Shown one piece after another: positions 1 to 12,651 of a stretch of 64,000 nt of DNA. Position 1 is the first letter of the stretch. Each line of letters starts with the position of its first letter. Origin of the DNA: Mayamaea pseudoterrestris (taxonomy: Eukaryota). A program made the translations under genes and the position numbers. The stretch is from positions 62,001 through 126,000 of the forward strand of contig BROI01000028.1 of assembly GCA_027923505.1 (NCBI GenBank). Reading direction: 5' to 3'. The notes under the pieces were generated by a model, which worked only from the letters and a program-made list of their open reading frames with translations, was not told the DNA's origin and did not search any database.

Positions 1-395
1 AGGAGGAAATCCGAAAATGGCTCGCGTCAGTCATGGAGGATGGATCGGACGTGCTTACAGAATCTTTTAAAGACTTGCAGAAACATTTTCCTACCTTGTA
101 TACAACAATTATCGATGAACGCGACGCCTGGCTTGCCGCGAAATTGACGCAAACGTGCCGAGCACTTTACCGGCGACCAACGCATGAACCCTTTCGACTC
201 GTGGCCATTGTCGGCGCGGGCCATGTTCCAGGAATTTGCGCCAAGCTGACTGCGTCGTCGGCAAACCAGACCGTCGAGCAAGTGTTGCTGGATCTTTGCC
301 AGACGAGAAAATGGGCCAAGGATCCAGTCGTTCAGAAGGAAGCCATTCCAATGTGGGTGCACGACATTACGCAGCTGCAGGACGTTGACGCATAA
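1..395 (+). CDS. TraB/PrgY-domain protein, C-terminal part (5' partial)
   Basis: IIDERDAWLA...VAIVGAGHVPGI is the typical TraB-family C-terminal motif; the frame is open to the window start. Confidence 0.75.
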   Translation, partial: EEIRKWLASVMEDGSDVLTESFKDLQKHFPTLYTTIIDERDAWLAAKLTQTCRALYRRPTHEPFRLVAIVGAGHVPGICAKLTASSANQTVEQVLLDLCQTRKWAKDPVVQKEAIPMWVHDITQLQDVDA

Positions 396-448
396 TCGTT
401 GCGCCATGCAGCAACTAGCGATGGCGGCTTCACTGCGCATTACTTCCA

Positions 449-1960
449 TCAAGTGTTTTGACAGCGGACGAAACTGATTTCCTTTGACCATTTGTATAAC
501 TCAATGTCCAAATAGTTTCGGCGCAGCAAATAGTCGTAAATTTGAGGGAATGGAATTCTTTCAGAGACGGGAGGGCGGGCGGCATGTGCCAACTCACGCT
601 CCTTCATGTCCGTGGCTTGATTCTCAAGTAAACGTCGTGCACGTAATTCTATGCCGAGACTCTGAGCAACGGCGGCGATGCCATGGTCCAAGCATTCGAT
701 ATCCAAGACGAAAGTGAATCTGCGCAGTAAACGCTTGGCGCGAGTCAAGTGAACCAAGCTTGTGTTTTCTCCCTGGCAGCAACCTCGGCCGGCGAGGATT
801 CGCAGGGCAAAATTGTTGGTACTTTTCGAATTGGCAAAGTCCCACCATTCATCTTCCGATGCGTTTCCCTTGAGTATGTTTGGAAACTTGATGCTAGTAA
901 TACGGTCTCCAGCAAGTAGACGAGACATTGGATCGCGCATGACAATGATGGATACCAAATTTGGGTTTCTCCAGTCTGTCATTGCCAATGAAGGGTTTGG
1001 CGGCGACCTGAACTCCCATGCAATCATGTGAAAAAAGCTCGAAAAGAGTTTGACATTGGCGTCTGTTTCTTTTCTCTTCCACGGTCGCTTGTGCTGCTCA
1101 AAGTATTCGTGTAGCGACGCATTCTCTTCGGCCTTGACGTTGTTGCATGCAAAGGATGGAGCGCCCTTTTGGTTCGGAGCCTTGCCAAGGGCTCCGCACA
1201 TTGTAGTGCCTGTTATATGAGGTGAAGATTAGTAGCAAGTTAGTTTACAGATAATCGCTCTCACAGCAATCATCCATTTTAAGGTTGTAGAGAATCAAAC
1301 ACTCGTCGTACCAGCGTGGTGAGTAATGTGCTGTGAAATAGAAAAATGTGACACGATCAGTATGATGAGCGTTTACGGTTCTCTCGATTTCCCGCCATGT
1401 TTACATCCCTACACTTTTAATGCAGTTGTTACATGTCACCACCAACTTACAATGTTGATGATCAAGCCGTTGCCTTGACGAAAGTTTGAAATTTGCTGAG
1501 CCGCCTTTGAGTTGACTATGTACACAACTTTTTGTGTTCCATTATCAATAGTGAGCGATGTTGTTCGCTGCGCCAAAACATTTTGTACGGCGAGACCCTT
1601 GACTAGCTCCGGCATTGCTGATGCATCGTTGATTTGTATGAATGGTGTTGCAGTCGAGTTTGTCGTCCGACGAGCTGTCACTGTAGAGAAACCCTTCACC
1701 TGCCGCGCACCCGAGTAGAGAAGGTTGAAGCATATTGCGACTAGAACAAGGCTGACACCGAGAACATACTGGAAGTAGCGGCTCGAGCTGTATTGCCAAG
1801 TAAATATATGCTGCTGCCGAGGACTATCGACGATGCTGCCGCGAATGATGGGCGAATGATGAGGACCATCATTGTCGTCATAACTCGCAGCAGCCGACTT
1901 TTGAGTCACGCTTAGCTGCTCGAACTCGTCAACTGCCTTGCCTTTCTTGACAACAAGCAT
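449..1960 (-). CDS. Sulfotransferase-like type II membrane protein; exons 1960-1451, 1330-1312, 1209-449
   Basis: GT-AG junctions give IINI|HITHHAG|TTMC. It has an N-terminal TM segment, a MRDPMSRLL (3'-PB-like) motif and a C-terminal RNYLDIELY, and is paralogous to 2230-3528. Confidence 0.75.
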
Positions 1961-2229
1961 ACTTTATCGCCCAGATGTTGCGCATTACTCGTCCTTTCTA
2001 CATCGATGGAGGTGAGACAAAGTGAGACGAAGCCGACGAAGCGGCGATGTGGAAGGAGTGAGACCTATGTCGTAGCGGTTTAATTTAGCCGGTGCGACAT
2101 TTACTTTTGCAGGAAGAAAAGGGATCGGCTTTCACAATCGCATCAATCAGTCATCACGACTTGTATTGGCCTTTGCGCCAATAGAGACACTTTGGCAATC
2201 CTTGAGCTGTATGAATTAGATACCAATAC

Positions 2230-3528
2230 ATGGCCATGCGTCCTCTCTTGTTCCGAAGCATGAGTCGGCCGCGAAAGACAAGAAGTGACGCATCGACGAG
2301 CAACCTATTGTCGGTCGAACAAGAAACGACGGAATTCAAGTACAAGCGACGACGACGCAACTTTCGCTGGACAGTTGCCTTGCTACTGGTCATTGCTACT
2401 CTTCTAGGAATCGCAGTCAGCAAGAAGGAGCTACGCATTGGTACGTTTCTGACCAACTTCTTGTTCCGAATCGACCGCGGCTTGACAGTGGCAGACGTTT
2501 TGGCAGCACGCACCGTTGTCATTGCGGAAACCTTTCGTGGCCACGTTCACGTCGTGACACCGATTGCGGCCAAGCAAATTGAAAACTACAAGCAAGGAAC
2601 TGGTCTCATTGTCAATGTTCACTTTACACATCACGGAGGAACCTATGCATGTCACGCGCTGGGCATGGCGGCTGGACAACGGGGGTCGCCATCCTTTGCC
2701 TGCATGGGCTTGACAGCAACCGATAATGTCACAGCCATTGAACACTATCCGGCTCCGGAGAGGGTTCCGTGGTCGCGGGAGGAAACATCGAGAAACATTG
2801 CAACTGTCAGAAAGCATTTTCACTTTTTAAAGTACGTATGATGGACAATGGACAAGTTCGACTAGGTACCTTTCGGTTTTGCGTTATACTCATCAATATC
2901 CCTTGTTTTCAGCTGGGAATTCGGTTCTCCAGAGCTGGCGCATCTCAAGGGACCATTGAGCGAGGCCGATTGGGAGAATCCAAATCTTGTCAGTGTTTTG
3001 GTGGTGCGAGAGCCATTGTCAAGGCTTTTGGCCATTGACGGCTGGGTGCGACGACGCCATCCGACGGTGTCAGCCAATACGGCTTCTCGCAAAGAGTGGA
3101 TGGACTACGCCATGACGCCTCATAATAACACCAACAATTTTGCGCTTGCAATACTCGCTGGAAACGGATGTTGTCAAGGAAAGGATACAAAGGTGGAGCA
3201 CCTTGCTGCTGCCAAAGAGATCTTGAGCCGAATGACATTTGTCATTGACATTGCCTGTCTGCGAGATGGCCTAGAGGAAGTGGCACATATACTTGGCTTT
3301 CAGGCTCGCAATGTCGAGCGACGGCGTTTGCAGAGCATCGATGATACCGCAACCCCAGCAGCAGCAAGCCGGCGAGACTTGAAGTTACATCGAACGTGGC
3401 CGTCGCCAAAACAAAGATTACCACCCAAGATTTACGATGTGCTAGTTGAACGGAACCGTCTTGACATTGAGCTATACGAGTGGGCCAAGGAAATTAGCGT
3501 TGTTCGATGCCCACCGTCTCGAGAGTGA
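2230..3528 (+). CDS. Sulfotransferase-like type II membrane protein, paralogue; intron 2832-2912
   Basis: VNVHFTHHGGT, VREPLSRLL, NNFALAILAGNGCCQG and RNRLDIELY match the divergent neighbour; a GT-AG intron joins the two ORFs in frame. Confidence 0.75.
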
Positions 3529-4051
3529 AAGCTTACATTCACAGCATACCTCACAGTCGACTAGAGGCAAGAACGTCGACACATTTTTTGTACCTCAACA
3601 AGGCATCATTAAAAACAACGACTCAAATTACTGCAACAGTGTCAATTGCGCTAGCAGCACGTCAACAGCTACCCGCCGCACCAGCGGCGTTGCTTTGACG
3701 GAACCAAATGCCTTACACTCTTTCTTACTGAGGCTTTTCGGACATATTAAAAGCTATTTACGATGTATAAACGGCTACATAGGTACTGGTAAGATTGCTG
3801 TAATTTACGGGTACCGGTAGTGTAGTGGAGCAGGGACCGTCTCTACTACGTACCGGTACTCAATAATAGCAGCGACTGGACAGTCACACCAATACCTAAA
3901 ACCGAGTACCGTTTCGAAGCACGATCCAAAATGTGACGCGCGCGCCATTCGATCCATCCATCACGTTCATCGTCCACGAAATTTAACATTGCTTATCGGC
4001 TTGATCGTCCAAGTTGTCCGCTTCACTTGCTACTCCATCCAATCTACATCA

Positions 4052-5333
4052 ATGAGCAGCTCTCTATTGATTTCACTGCAACGACTTCCCGCTGCTGCAA
4101 TGCGCAGCGCGGCGCGTTTCAAGTCGACTGCCGAAACGGCCGAAACGGTGAGCACAAAGCTTACTGCCGTCGAAGCTGCATCACCATCGTCGTCGTCCGT
4201 GCCCGTCGGCAAGGCCTTGCTGGCAGCCATGCTTGGGGTTTCGACTGTTTCCATTGGGGCCATGGCTGTAGAAGTTTCAACGGCTGACGCGGTGCCGAAA
4301 TACGATCCACACCAACAGCGATATAGTCAGTCAGAGTTCAAGGGCCGATTCGCTCGCATGCTGTTAGCCTGCGATCCTCGACTCTTGATCTACACGGAAA
4401 GTCAAGTTCGCCAAGCCAAAGACATGATTGACAATTACCAAAATTATCCAAACATGGATCGAGAGCTATGGGAGGCTCGTCGCATGGTTGACGCTGCCCT
4501 GCACCCCGACACGGGTGAGGTGCTTCCACGTCCCTTTCGACTGTCGGGCTATGTTCCATACAATGGTCCCATTTGCGTTGCCATGGTCGCGAGTCAATCT
4601 ACAATGCCGCTACTGTTTTGGTCGTGGGTCAACCAGTCACAGAATGCGTTGGTGAATTACTACAATCGCAATGCTAGTAGTCAAATGTCGAACGAAACAC
4701 TGGCCAAGAGTTATGCCGTTGCGGTTGGATCGGCTCTTTTGGTAGCCTTTGGACTGGCGACTGCGATTCAGAAAAAGTACGAGCCATCCAAGGCCAAGCA
4801 ACTACTGCGATTTGTTGCCTTTCCATCGGCCGTGGTGGCAAGTTCGCTTAATTGCTACATTGTTCGCAGTCCGGAGATTGATTCGGTATGTAAGGTTGTT
4901 GGACATGAGATGTTCATTCTGTTGTTTCGATCCTTTACTTATCTTACTGCTTTTTTTTAAGGGCATTCCGTTGACGGACGAGTATGGCCAAGATGTTTTG
5001 CCTGGAAGCACTAGCAAGGAAGCAGCAGCTCGTGGGGTGTACTCGACCACTGCTTCGCGAGCAATTTTGCAGGCACCAGTCTTTTTCCTTCCACCAGTCA
5101 TGGTTTCGCTAGGCCCCATCAAGAAGTACTTGATGAAGAACCCAGTCATGGCGGTACCAGTGTCAACATACATGACGCTGGTGTGCTTTGGACTTGGATT
5201 GCCTGCGACTGTCGCCATTTTTCCGCAGATTGCAGAAATTAAAGCCAAGGATGTGGAGCACGAATATCAGCACTTGAGAAACGCCAAGACGGACCAACCA
5301 TACGAGGTATTCTACTACAATAAGGGGCTATAA
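4052..5333 (+). CDS. Sideroflexin (mitochondrial tricarboxylate/serine carrier family); intron 4886-4961
   Basis: HPDTGE..PRPFRLSGYVP, WVNQSQNALVNYYNRN, AIFPQ and C-terminal YYNKGL. Confidence 0.9.
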
Positions 5334-5538
5334 GTAGTTTAATTTTGGTGTTTTTGACGTAAAGTATGATATGATTACTGAGTATTGACTTCCAACCGAA
5401 GGGGTGTGTAGGTGTGATCGCGATCATCTCAAAAGCAGGCTCTATCAATCTTTTGCGCATGTCGCAACGAGAACCAATGAGACACATTTGTGTGAAACCG
5501 CGACGGCGCGGCAAGCGATGGTCGACAGGCCGAGATAA

Positions 5539-7281
5539 ATGATATGCGATTATTTGGCGCCGATTGAGCTCCTCCAGGCAAAAATTGATGAGGAAGAGCC
5601 AATGAAAGACATATTTTACGTTTTGAAAAAGCGATGCCAGTATTCCGAGACTGTATCGGCCGCGATTTGGCTCAACGACGATGACGATGCCCATGGCGTC
5701 GAAAATGCTAGTCATTTGTCATATGCAGCTGCTTTATCAGTTCTTGAGGATCATTATGCATGGATATCGAGTCATGTTCAGAATTGCAATGCGTCGGTGA
5801 TTGCCTATCTTGCAAACAACAGCATTGACTACATTCTTTCCGTCGTGACTTGTTCCAGTCCATCAATTCCTTCAATTCCTGCACTGCTTAATGTTCGATG
5901 GTCGGTTCCTGAGATGGTCGCTGCATTACAATCATCGAATACTTCCGTCACGACTATTTTGGTGTATAGTACAGAAATGGAAGCAACAGCGCTGTCAGTG
6001 CAAGCGAAGATGAATCACAAGACAGTTTGCCTGCCGCTTCCATTGTTCTCTGAATCAAGAAGAATACCACTATTGCCTGCTACAGAACGGGGCTCTCATT
6101 CTCCGTACAAAAACACATTGGCAGTCAATGACTTGTCGCCCGAAGATGCCGTGGTCGTATTCACGAGTGGCACTTCGGGAGCAGCAAAGGGAGTCCGACT
6201 TGGTCATCGAGCAATCCTTGTCCAAGCGCAAGCCAAGTGCCAAGAGCCATGTAACTACGATCATGACACAAAACTCTTGGCGAGTACTGTTCCGTTCTAT
6301 CATATCGGCGGCTTGTCGAGTCTACTAGCCGTGTGGTTGGCGGGCGGGACGCTTGTATTTCCAGGACAGCTGCAAGCGACAAGCTTTCGTCCAGAGCAAG
6401 TGATTCAATCCGTTTCCATGTCTGAGCATGCAGCACCAAACACACTTGTGGTTGTTCCAGCCATGCTGTATACGCTACAACAAAAGGTCGACGAGCTACA
6501 ATTAAAAGCATCGTTTCCGTCCGTTCGCTTGGTGCTCATTGGCGGACAAGCCGCTTCGAAACAATCACTAGACTTTGTCGCGCGAATATTTCCAGACGCA
6601 CAAGTGGTGCAAACGTTTGCATGCACGGAAGCAGCGTCGTCATTGACGTTTCTCAATGTTAACGATGCTCCGACGGCTAAACTTCCTGGCGGATTGTCGG
6701 GTGATTGTGTCGGATCTCCGCCGCGGCATGTGCAACTAGGCATTGTCGCGGATGACAAGCAGTCAATGATGCCGCCTTTCCAACTGGGAAGCATTTCATT
6801 TCGTGGCCCTTGTCGCATGAGTGGTTACTGGAATCGTGGAAATGCAACGACGCAACAAAGGAGCATTAACTTGGACAGTCGATGGTTTGTCACGAATGAT
6901 TTAGGATTCTTGGACGACCAAGGTCGCTTGTATTTTGCTGGGCGAAAAACTGACACGATTCGAACCGGAGGAGAAACTGTTTTTGCTGCAGAAGTTGAGC
7001 GGGTCATTGTGCAACATCCTATGGTCGACGAGTGTGCTGTGTTTGGCTTGAAAGATGATCGATTTGGAGAAACTGTCTGTTGCGCCGTCGTTTGTACATC
7101 TATTTGCCCTACTCTGCCTGCACTTCGGTCATTCTGTGTACAGAAGGGTCTGGCTAGATACAAGTGCCCGACGCGATTGTTTGTGTTGGATGCTTTGCCT
7201 AAAAGTAGTACAGGCAAGGTTTTGAAATTTCGACTTGTTGATACTTTCAAATTAAACCCGCGTAATAAAAGTAAACTGTAA
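5539..7281 (+). CDS. AMP-dependent acyl-CoA ligase, o-succinylbenzoate-CoA ligase (MenE/AAE14)-like; start may be ATG 5602
   Basis: FTSGTSGAAKGV P-loop, TFACTEA, TNDLG, GRKTDTIRTGGE and LPKSSTGKV; substrate assignment is tentative. Confidence 0.8.
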   Translation: MICDYLAPIELLQAKIDEEEPMKDIFYVLKKRCQYSETVSAAIWLNDDDDAHGVENASHLSYAAALSVLEDHYAWISSHVQNCNASVIAYLANNSIDYILSVVTCSSPSIPSIPALLNVRWSVPEMVAALQSSNTSVTTILVYSTEMEATALSVQAKMNHKTVCLPLPLFSESRRIPLLPATERGSHSPYKNTLAVNDLSPEDAVVVFTSGTSGAAKGVRLGHRAILVQAQAKCQEPCNYDHDTKLLASTVPFYHIGGLSSLLAVWLAGGTLVFPGQLQATSFRPEQVIQSVSMSEHAAPNTLVVVPAMLYTLQQKVDELQLKASFPSVRLVLIGGQAASKQSLDFVARIFPDAQVVQTFACTEAASSLTFLNVNDAPTAKLPGGLSGDCVGSPPRHVQLGIVADDKQSMMPPFQLGSISFRGPCRMSGYWNRGNATTQQRSINLDSRWFVTNDLGFLDDQGRLYFAGRKTDTIRTGGETVFAAEVERVIVQHPMVDECAVFGLKDDRFGETVCCAVVCTSICPTLPALRSFCVQKGLARYKCPTRLFVLDALPKSSTGKVLKFRLVDTFKLNPRNKSKL

Positions 7282-7381
7282 GACTAAAATTAAAGCGATA
7301 CTGCAGCACGTAATGTACCAAAAACTTCTTTCTTTACCACAACGTTACTCTGTAGAGTACTGACGGACAATAAAGCAAGTA

Positions 7382-9575
7382 TTACGCTTGCGGTGCACAT
7401 TCCGGATGCATCTTGGAGAGCTGGTAAAAGTTGAATCCGGATATGGCCAAGTCATCGTCCTTGTCAGCTGCACGCATTGACCGCATGGCTTCGGCGAATG
7501 CACCCACGAGACGAGGAGCGTCGCCGCGTTGGAGGTACACGTTGCCCATGAGTGTCAATACCTGAGCAATTGCAGCATTATCTAACTCAGACGAACTTTT
7601 TAGGATCGACAATGCTTCCGAAAAGTATTTCAGTGCTTCCGGTAGCTCGCCTCGCTGCTGGTGGACTTGTCCAATGTGCTGAAGAGTCAAAACAACGTCG
7701 CGATGAGATTGTCCAAGTGCCGCCCGTTCCACTCGGAGCGTCTCCCTGTAGTAATTCATTGCCTCGTCATCGTCGCCAATCTCCAAGTAAATTGTTGCAA
7801 TATTGTAGAGAATAATGGCCACGTCGCGGTGCTCTTTGCCCAAGATACGCTGACGGATCCGCAGACTTTCAAAAAAGCTCTGCATGGCAAGCTCGTGCAG
7901 CTCCATCTTGAACAAGACTAGCCCAATGCTGTTGAGCGTTGATGCAACATCAAGATGATTGTCGCCATAGGCATCCCGCCGAATGCGAAGGACCTCTTGG
8001 TATATATCCAATGCCTTGGCGTAGCTTCGCGTCTGGTAGTGTATCAACGCAATCGAGGACAGCGTGGCAGAAACATTCGGGTGTGAAGCCCCAAGACTAT
8101 GTCGCTGGATGGATACTGCTTCCTTGTAAAGACGGAGTGCGCACTGGTGCTCGCCGCGAATTTTGTATATTTGCGCAATATTTGTCAGCGTTACAACAAT
8201 GTTTGGGTGAAAGACGTCCAATACGGCGCGTTCTACTTCAAGTCCCTCCTTGTAAATGCAAACGGCAGCGTTGAAATCGCCCTTTTCGTAAAGCAAGTTT
8301 CCAAGCTTGTTCAATGTCGATGCAACTTCAGGATGATACTTTCCGAGTGCCGACTTTCCAATGGTGAGCGCCTCGTGGTACAGCAAAGCAGCGTTGTGGT
8401 AATCTTTGCGCTCATGATGGATTTGCGCCATGCACTTGAGCATGATTGCCACATCACCTGTATGGATGAATTGAAGAGGAACAATCGTTTAAGCTAATGT
8501 CACGTATCCATATACCCGAGCAATCAACAATCTGCATCTACTTACGATGATTTGGACCAAGTCGTTGCCGCGCAATGACCAAAAACTCATTGTAAAAATC
8601 CATGGCCACATCGAGCTCAGACATTTGATGAAAGGTTTGCCCCAAGTTGTACGTCGTCGCCGCCACATCCAAATGATCGTTTCCAAGCAAGGTCTTTCGC
8701 ATTCGCAGCGCTTCCTGGTAGAGTCGCAAGGCCTGCGCATAATCGCCACGCATGTAGTGAATGCGTCCAATATTGTTCAACGTTGTGGCAATCTCCACAT
8801 TCTCGCAGTCATGGCCAAGGACAGCTCTTCGAATAGACAAGGACTCCAAGTAAAGTTCCTTTGCTTTTTCCGTTTCGGCCTTTGGAAGGTGAAAGTATAA
8901 AACTCCGAGGCAGTTAAAGGTGGCAGCGACTTCTAGCAGTCTATGCGGTTGCTTGCAAAAGCTCGCCTTGCCCAAGTGCAACGCCTTGGCATAAGTTCTC
9001 AAGGCATCTTCATAATGACCGAGTCTGTACTGTACATGTCCAACGTTATGCAGAATGGCCATGGCAGTGACTCCCGAACCCTGCAGCTCCTTTTGGTGCA
9101 CTCCTTCTCCGCTCCACTGCGCAATCTGCAAAGCCCGGAGAAAGGCGCTCGATGCATCATCCAACTGACCAACGCGAAGATGAAGCTGTCCAAGATTAAA
9201 AAGTATTGTGGCAGTCGCCGAGTGCATGGAACGACAATTCGACGCATCGAGACGACATGGCGACGAGAAGGTGTGCATTCCTTCGTCATATTCACCGCGC
9301 TGATAAATATAGAGCGACTTGGACACCTGCTGGAGACTCGCAAAGTTCTGGACGCTTGGTACAGAAAAGAAGGCAGTCTCACTCGCCTTGTCGAGTGCCC
9401 GGCGAAAACTTTGACCCGCTTGTTCGTGATTGCCGTTCGCGATTGACGAGACGCCAACGTTGTTCCACCTTGCAATCAGTGCCAATTGAGATCGATGGTG
9501 ATCGCTGTCGCTATCAAGACTAGCATGCTCGTGCAGAGCCTTTCCTGTAGTGATGGGTGCAGGTGGAAAGCTCAT
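7382..9575 (-). CDS. Kinesin-light-chain-type TPR repeat protein; intron 8545-8458
   Basis: 42-aa TPR repeats (LG..H.DVA.TLNN.G); splice NH-R|DVAIM is canonical. Confidence 0.85.
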
Positions 9576-10273
9576 GGTGGCTTGCTGCTACTGTTTGTAT
9601 GAAGGGAGTCGCTATCAGCGAGATAAAAGGGTATTGGAACTGGTTTGTGAGCATGCAGCCTTTCCTTCATCGGTTTCCAAAAGGTGATCAAAAGACACTT
9701 CACGTCGCACGGGCATAAGTTCGCACTTCAAGCACATGTTCGTCATGCAATGACTCAACGCGCGATAGGCTTAAGAAAAAGCTCGCAGGAGTCATAATGA
9801 CTTTTGAGCATAACAACTGACGACAATGCCCACTGACCGTGGAGTGAGATGCCGATTTCACTTTCACGACTTGCCATTGACGTTTTATTATTGCATTCGC
9901 CAGTCCACGATCATAAATAGTTAAGCCTTTTAGTTGGAATACGACTAGCTATCAGAAAACTCCGTGAGTTGTTACTATAATTACGCGTCGTAATAATCAA
10001 GTTATGGTATCTAATGACTCTGGTTTAAATCATTGCCTCGTCATGAATGACCGAGGAAGACGTGGAAACCGTGTCGATCGACTGACTCGCACAAACGCTG
10101 AGATGTGTTCCCCAAATGACGGTGAAATAGGAGAAAAGATAGCTATGTATGTTATTGGCGCAACAGATAGGATTCCAAACTGTTTAACTTATACAATCTA
10201 TCAAACCAAAGATACGCCACACGGGAGAGCCTTGCTAGATAGTGAGTGCGAGTCATGCCATGCCACACAGCTG

Positions 10274-11625
10274 CTAGGCTACGCACAGGTCACACGTTCC
10301 CGGGCAGCGGTCAGCAATGTGTAACCAGTCGCACAGGTCGCCGCCATCTCCTCGACGATGCTCTTTAAGCCATGCGCAATCTTTTTCAGTTTGATCTCCG
10401 AGATCGAACAGTAGACTACTGTCCGAGCAACTGCCTGTTGAAGAAACAAACACTTCATCAGTGCCGTTCGCACGTCTTAAAGAGCGCTGTTTGCGCCGAC
10501 GCCGAAATGCTCCGCAGGTGTCCAGTGGTGGCGACTGTGAAAGTGTACAAATTTGCGTCCAGATCCAGTTAAAAGACGAAGAGACTCTCGAATAGACCTG
10601 CATCAAGGGAGAGAGGGTAAGAATTATGATTGGTCCGCCCTTTTTCTTGCTCAAACGCAACGTTTCACTGGCACTTACACCTGGATGTCGATCGTCGGCG
10701 CACAATCTGGAACCCCAACTAACAACTCCGACTTGTTGTCCGTCTTGGTTCATGAGGGGGCCACCACTATCCCCCGAACACGAGTCTTTGCCTTTCGCCC
10801 CGGCGCACAACATGGTTGCACTGTCAACATATGGCCGCCGTCGGTAGCTTGAAACGCACTTGGCGTCTGCAACATATGAGATATTCACTTCCCGTAACGT
10901 TTTCGAATATGCTGTTCCTTGCTGATTTGTAGCTCCAAACCCGATCACCGTCAGTGGTTGACCTCTTTTGATGCGGCCTCCGTTGTATAGCTGTGCAAAC
11001 TCCGTTACGTTTGTTGCGACACTGTCAAGCGCAACAACCATGAAATCATTTTGAACCGTAAACCAATTATAGTTGGGGTGCCGGACTTTAGTTCTGACTG
11101 CAATCTTTTCGGCCTGGCCCCCCATGACGACAAAGCCTGCCGCATTAGCCATAGTTGCACCAACGACAACGTCTCCTGACCATGCACTGCCTTTACAGTG
11201 ACCTGCCGTTAGTACAATATCTTTCCAAATGAGACTGAGACGATAAAAGCGATTGTTAGCCTAGGTTTGTAGTCACAAACACGACAAACGGATAGAAGAA
11301 TGAATGCAAAGATACAGGGTGCAGGGTGCAGGGTGCGGTTCGCAGGTTCTGAACCTGTCACTCATCAATGTCAAGCCGAAACGTACCTGCCGCCACACAC
11401 AGTCTGCTCTGCAGCAACGAAGTACGGATATTTATCCAGAGGTGCTATAGAGCCACCGACGATGCGAGGCTGGAGTTGTCGTGCTTGGCCATGGACTGAC
11501 TGTGAATTGGCACCATGATCAGGATCACCATCACTGAAAGTCGCTGCAGTCGTAACTCTGCTCGCAGCTGCAGCGAAGCTTAAACATGTCCATGTCAGGA
11601 GAAGGCGTCTACTTTTGAACGCCAT
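10274..11625 (-). CDS. Secreted trypsin-like S1 serine protease; introns 11386-11235 and 10678-10598
   Basis: Signal peptide, RIVGG, LTAGHC, NDF and GDSGGP catalytic motifs; Cys-rich tail. Confidence 0.9.
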
Positions 11626-11877
11626 TCCTTGAATTGATCGTTGGCCAAGAATTCAGTTGCGATGGATGGAGCGAAATAATGAGCAAAAACGAGCGGGCGA
11701 CATTTCGACGCTGATCGTGCATGACCCAAAATGACCGTTTCTCAAAGCGTGACTGATTACGTCGTACCGGTTGAACCAGCGACACGATCTTTTCGTCGGC
11801 GCGTGCCCACCATGGGAACACATCCTCGAGTCGCATCTTCGCCTCACGCACTTGCACCATAATATCCACAAGCAACC

Positions 11878-12598
11878 ATGGGCTGCTGCACGTCGTGCTT
11901 GGATGCCATCAGTGGTAGAAGTTCGAATGATACGAGGCAGTCGGAAACCGAATTGCGGACAACTTCCGCTTCGTCTTCCTCGGACGATGCGAAATCTCTC
12001 TCCGTCTCTCGTGCCATGTCAGCACCCACGATTGACCTCCACGATCGACAAAACGCTAGAATCACTGGATATGGATTAGCGATTGTTGGAGTCTCCATTG
12101 AGCAGGATTCCGCCTACTGGGAGGTGCATGTCGACATGGGAAAGGAAGGCTCAGCGCCCATGGAGCTGCTGGTTGGCGTCTCATTGAAGCGTGATCGTGC
12201 ATTCTTCAAAGCAATGGAAGACACTCCAGCAGGTATGTTGCACATCCAAAAATCATTAAAGCCGGTATGATTGTATGTTTGTCTCACAAAGCTATACTCT
12301 GTCAGCCTCTCAAGTTGACAAAGGCACGGAGATGATGCGCAACATTAAAGTCAAGCACGGCGACACTATCGGCGTTGCAGTCCAGCAGGATGATTTGCCA
12401 ATGATCCAGTTTCTTTTGAATGGCGAGCCGCTGCATGATATTTCAATCAACAAGTTTCGGGGCAGTGTATATCCTAGCATATTCCTACCAGAAAATGACG
12501 GCCTTTCGGCTCGGTTCGTGTTTGCGGAAAGTAGCTTCAAGGAGATGCCTCCTGGAGCACGATTTGGTCCATTAATCATTGCACGGGGAATCATATAG
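11878..12598 (+). CDS. SPRY-domain protein, SPRYD7-like; one intron from ~12233
   Basis: MGCC N-terminus, GYGLAI..IEQDSAYWEV, GDTIGVA, FLLNG, FRGSVYP. Confidence 0.75.
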
Positions 12599-12651
12599 AT
12601 AATAATACTATGTGCTAGTGTTCTGAATACATGGCTTATAGTGATCCATTT

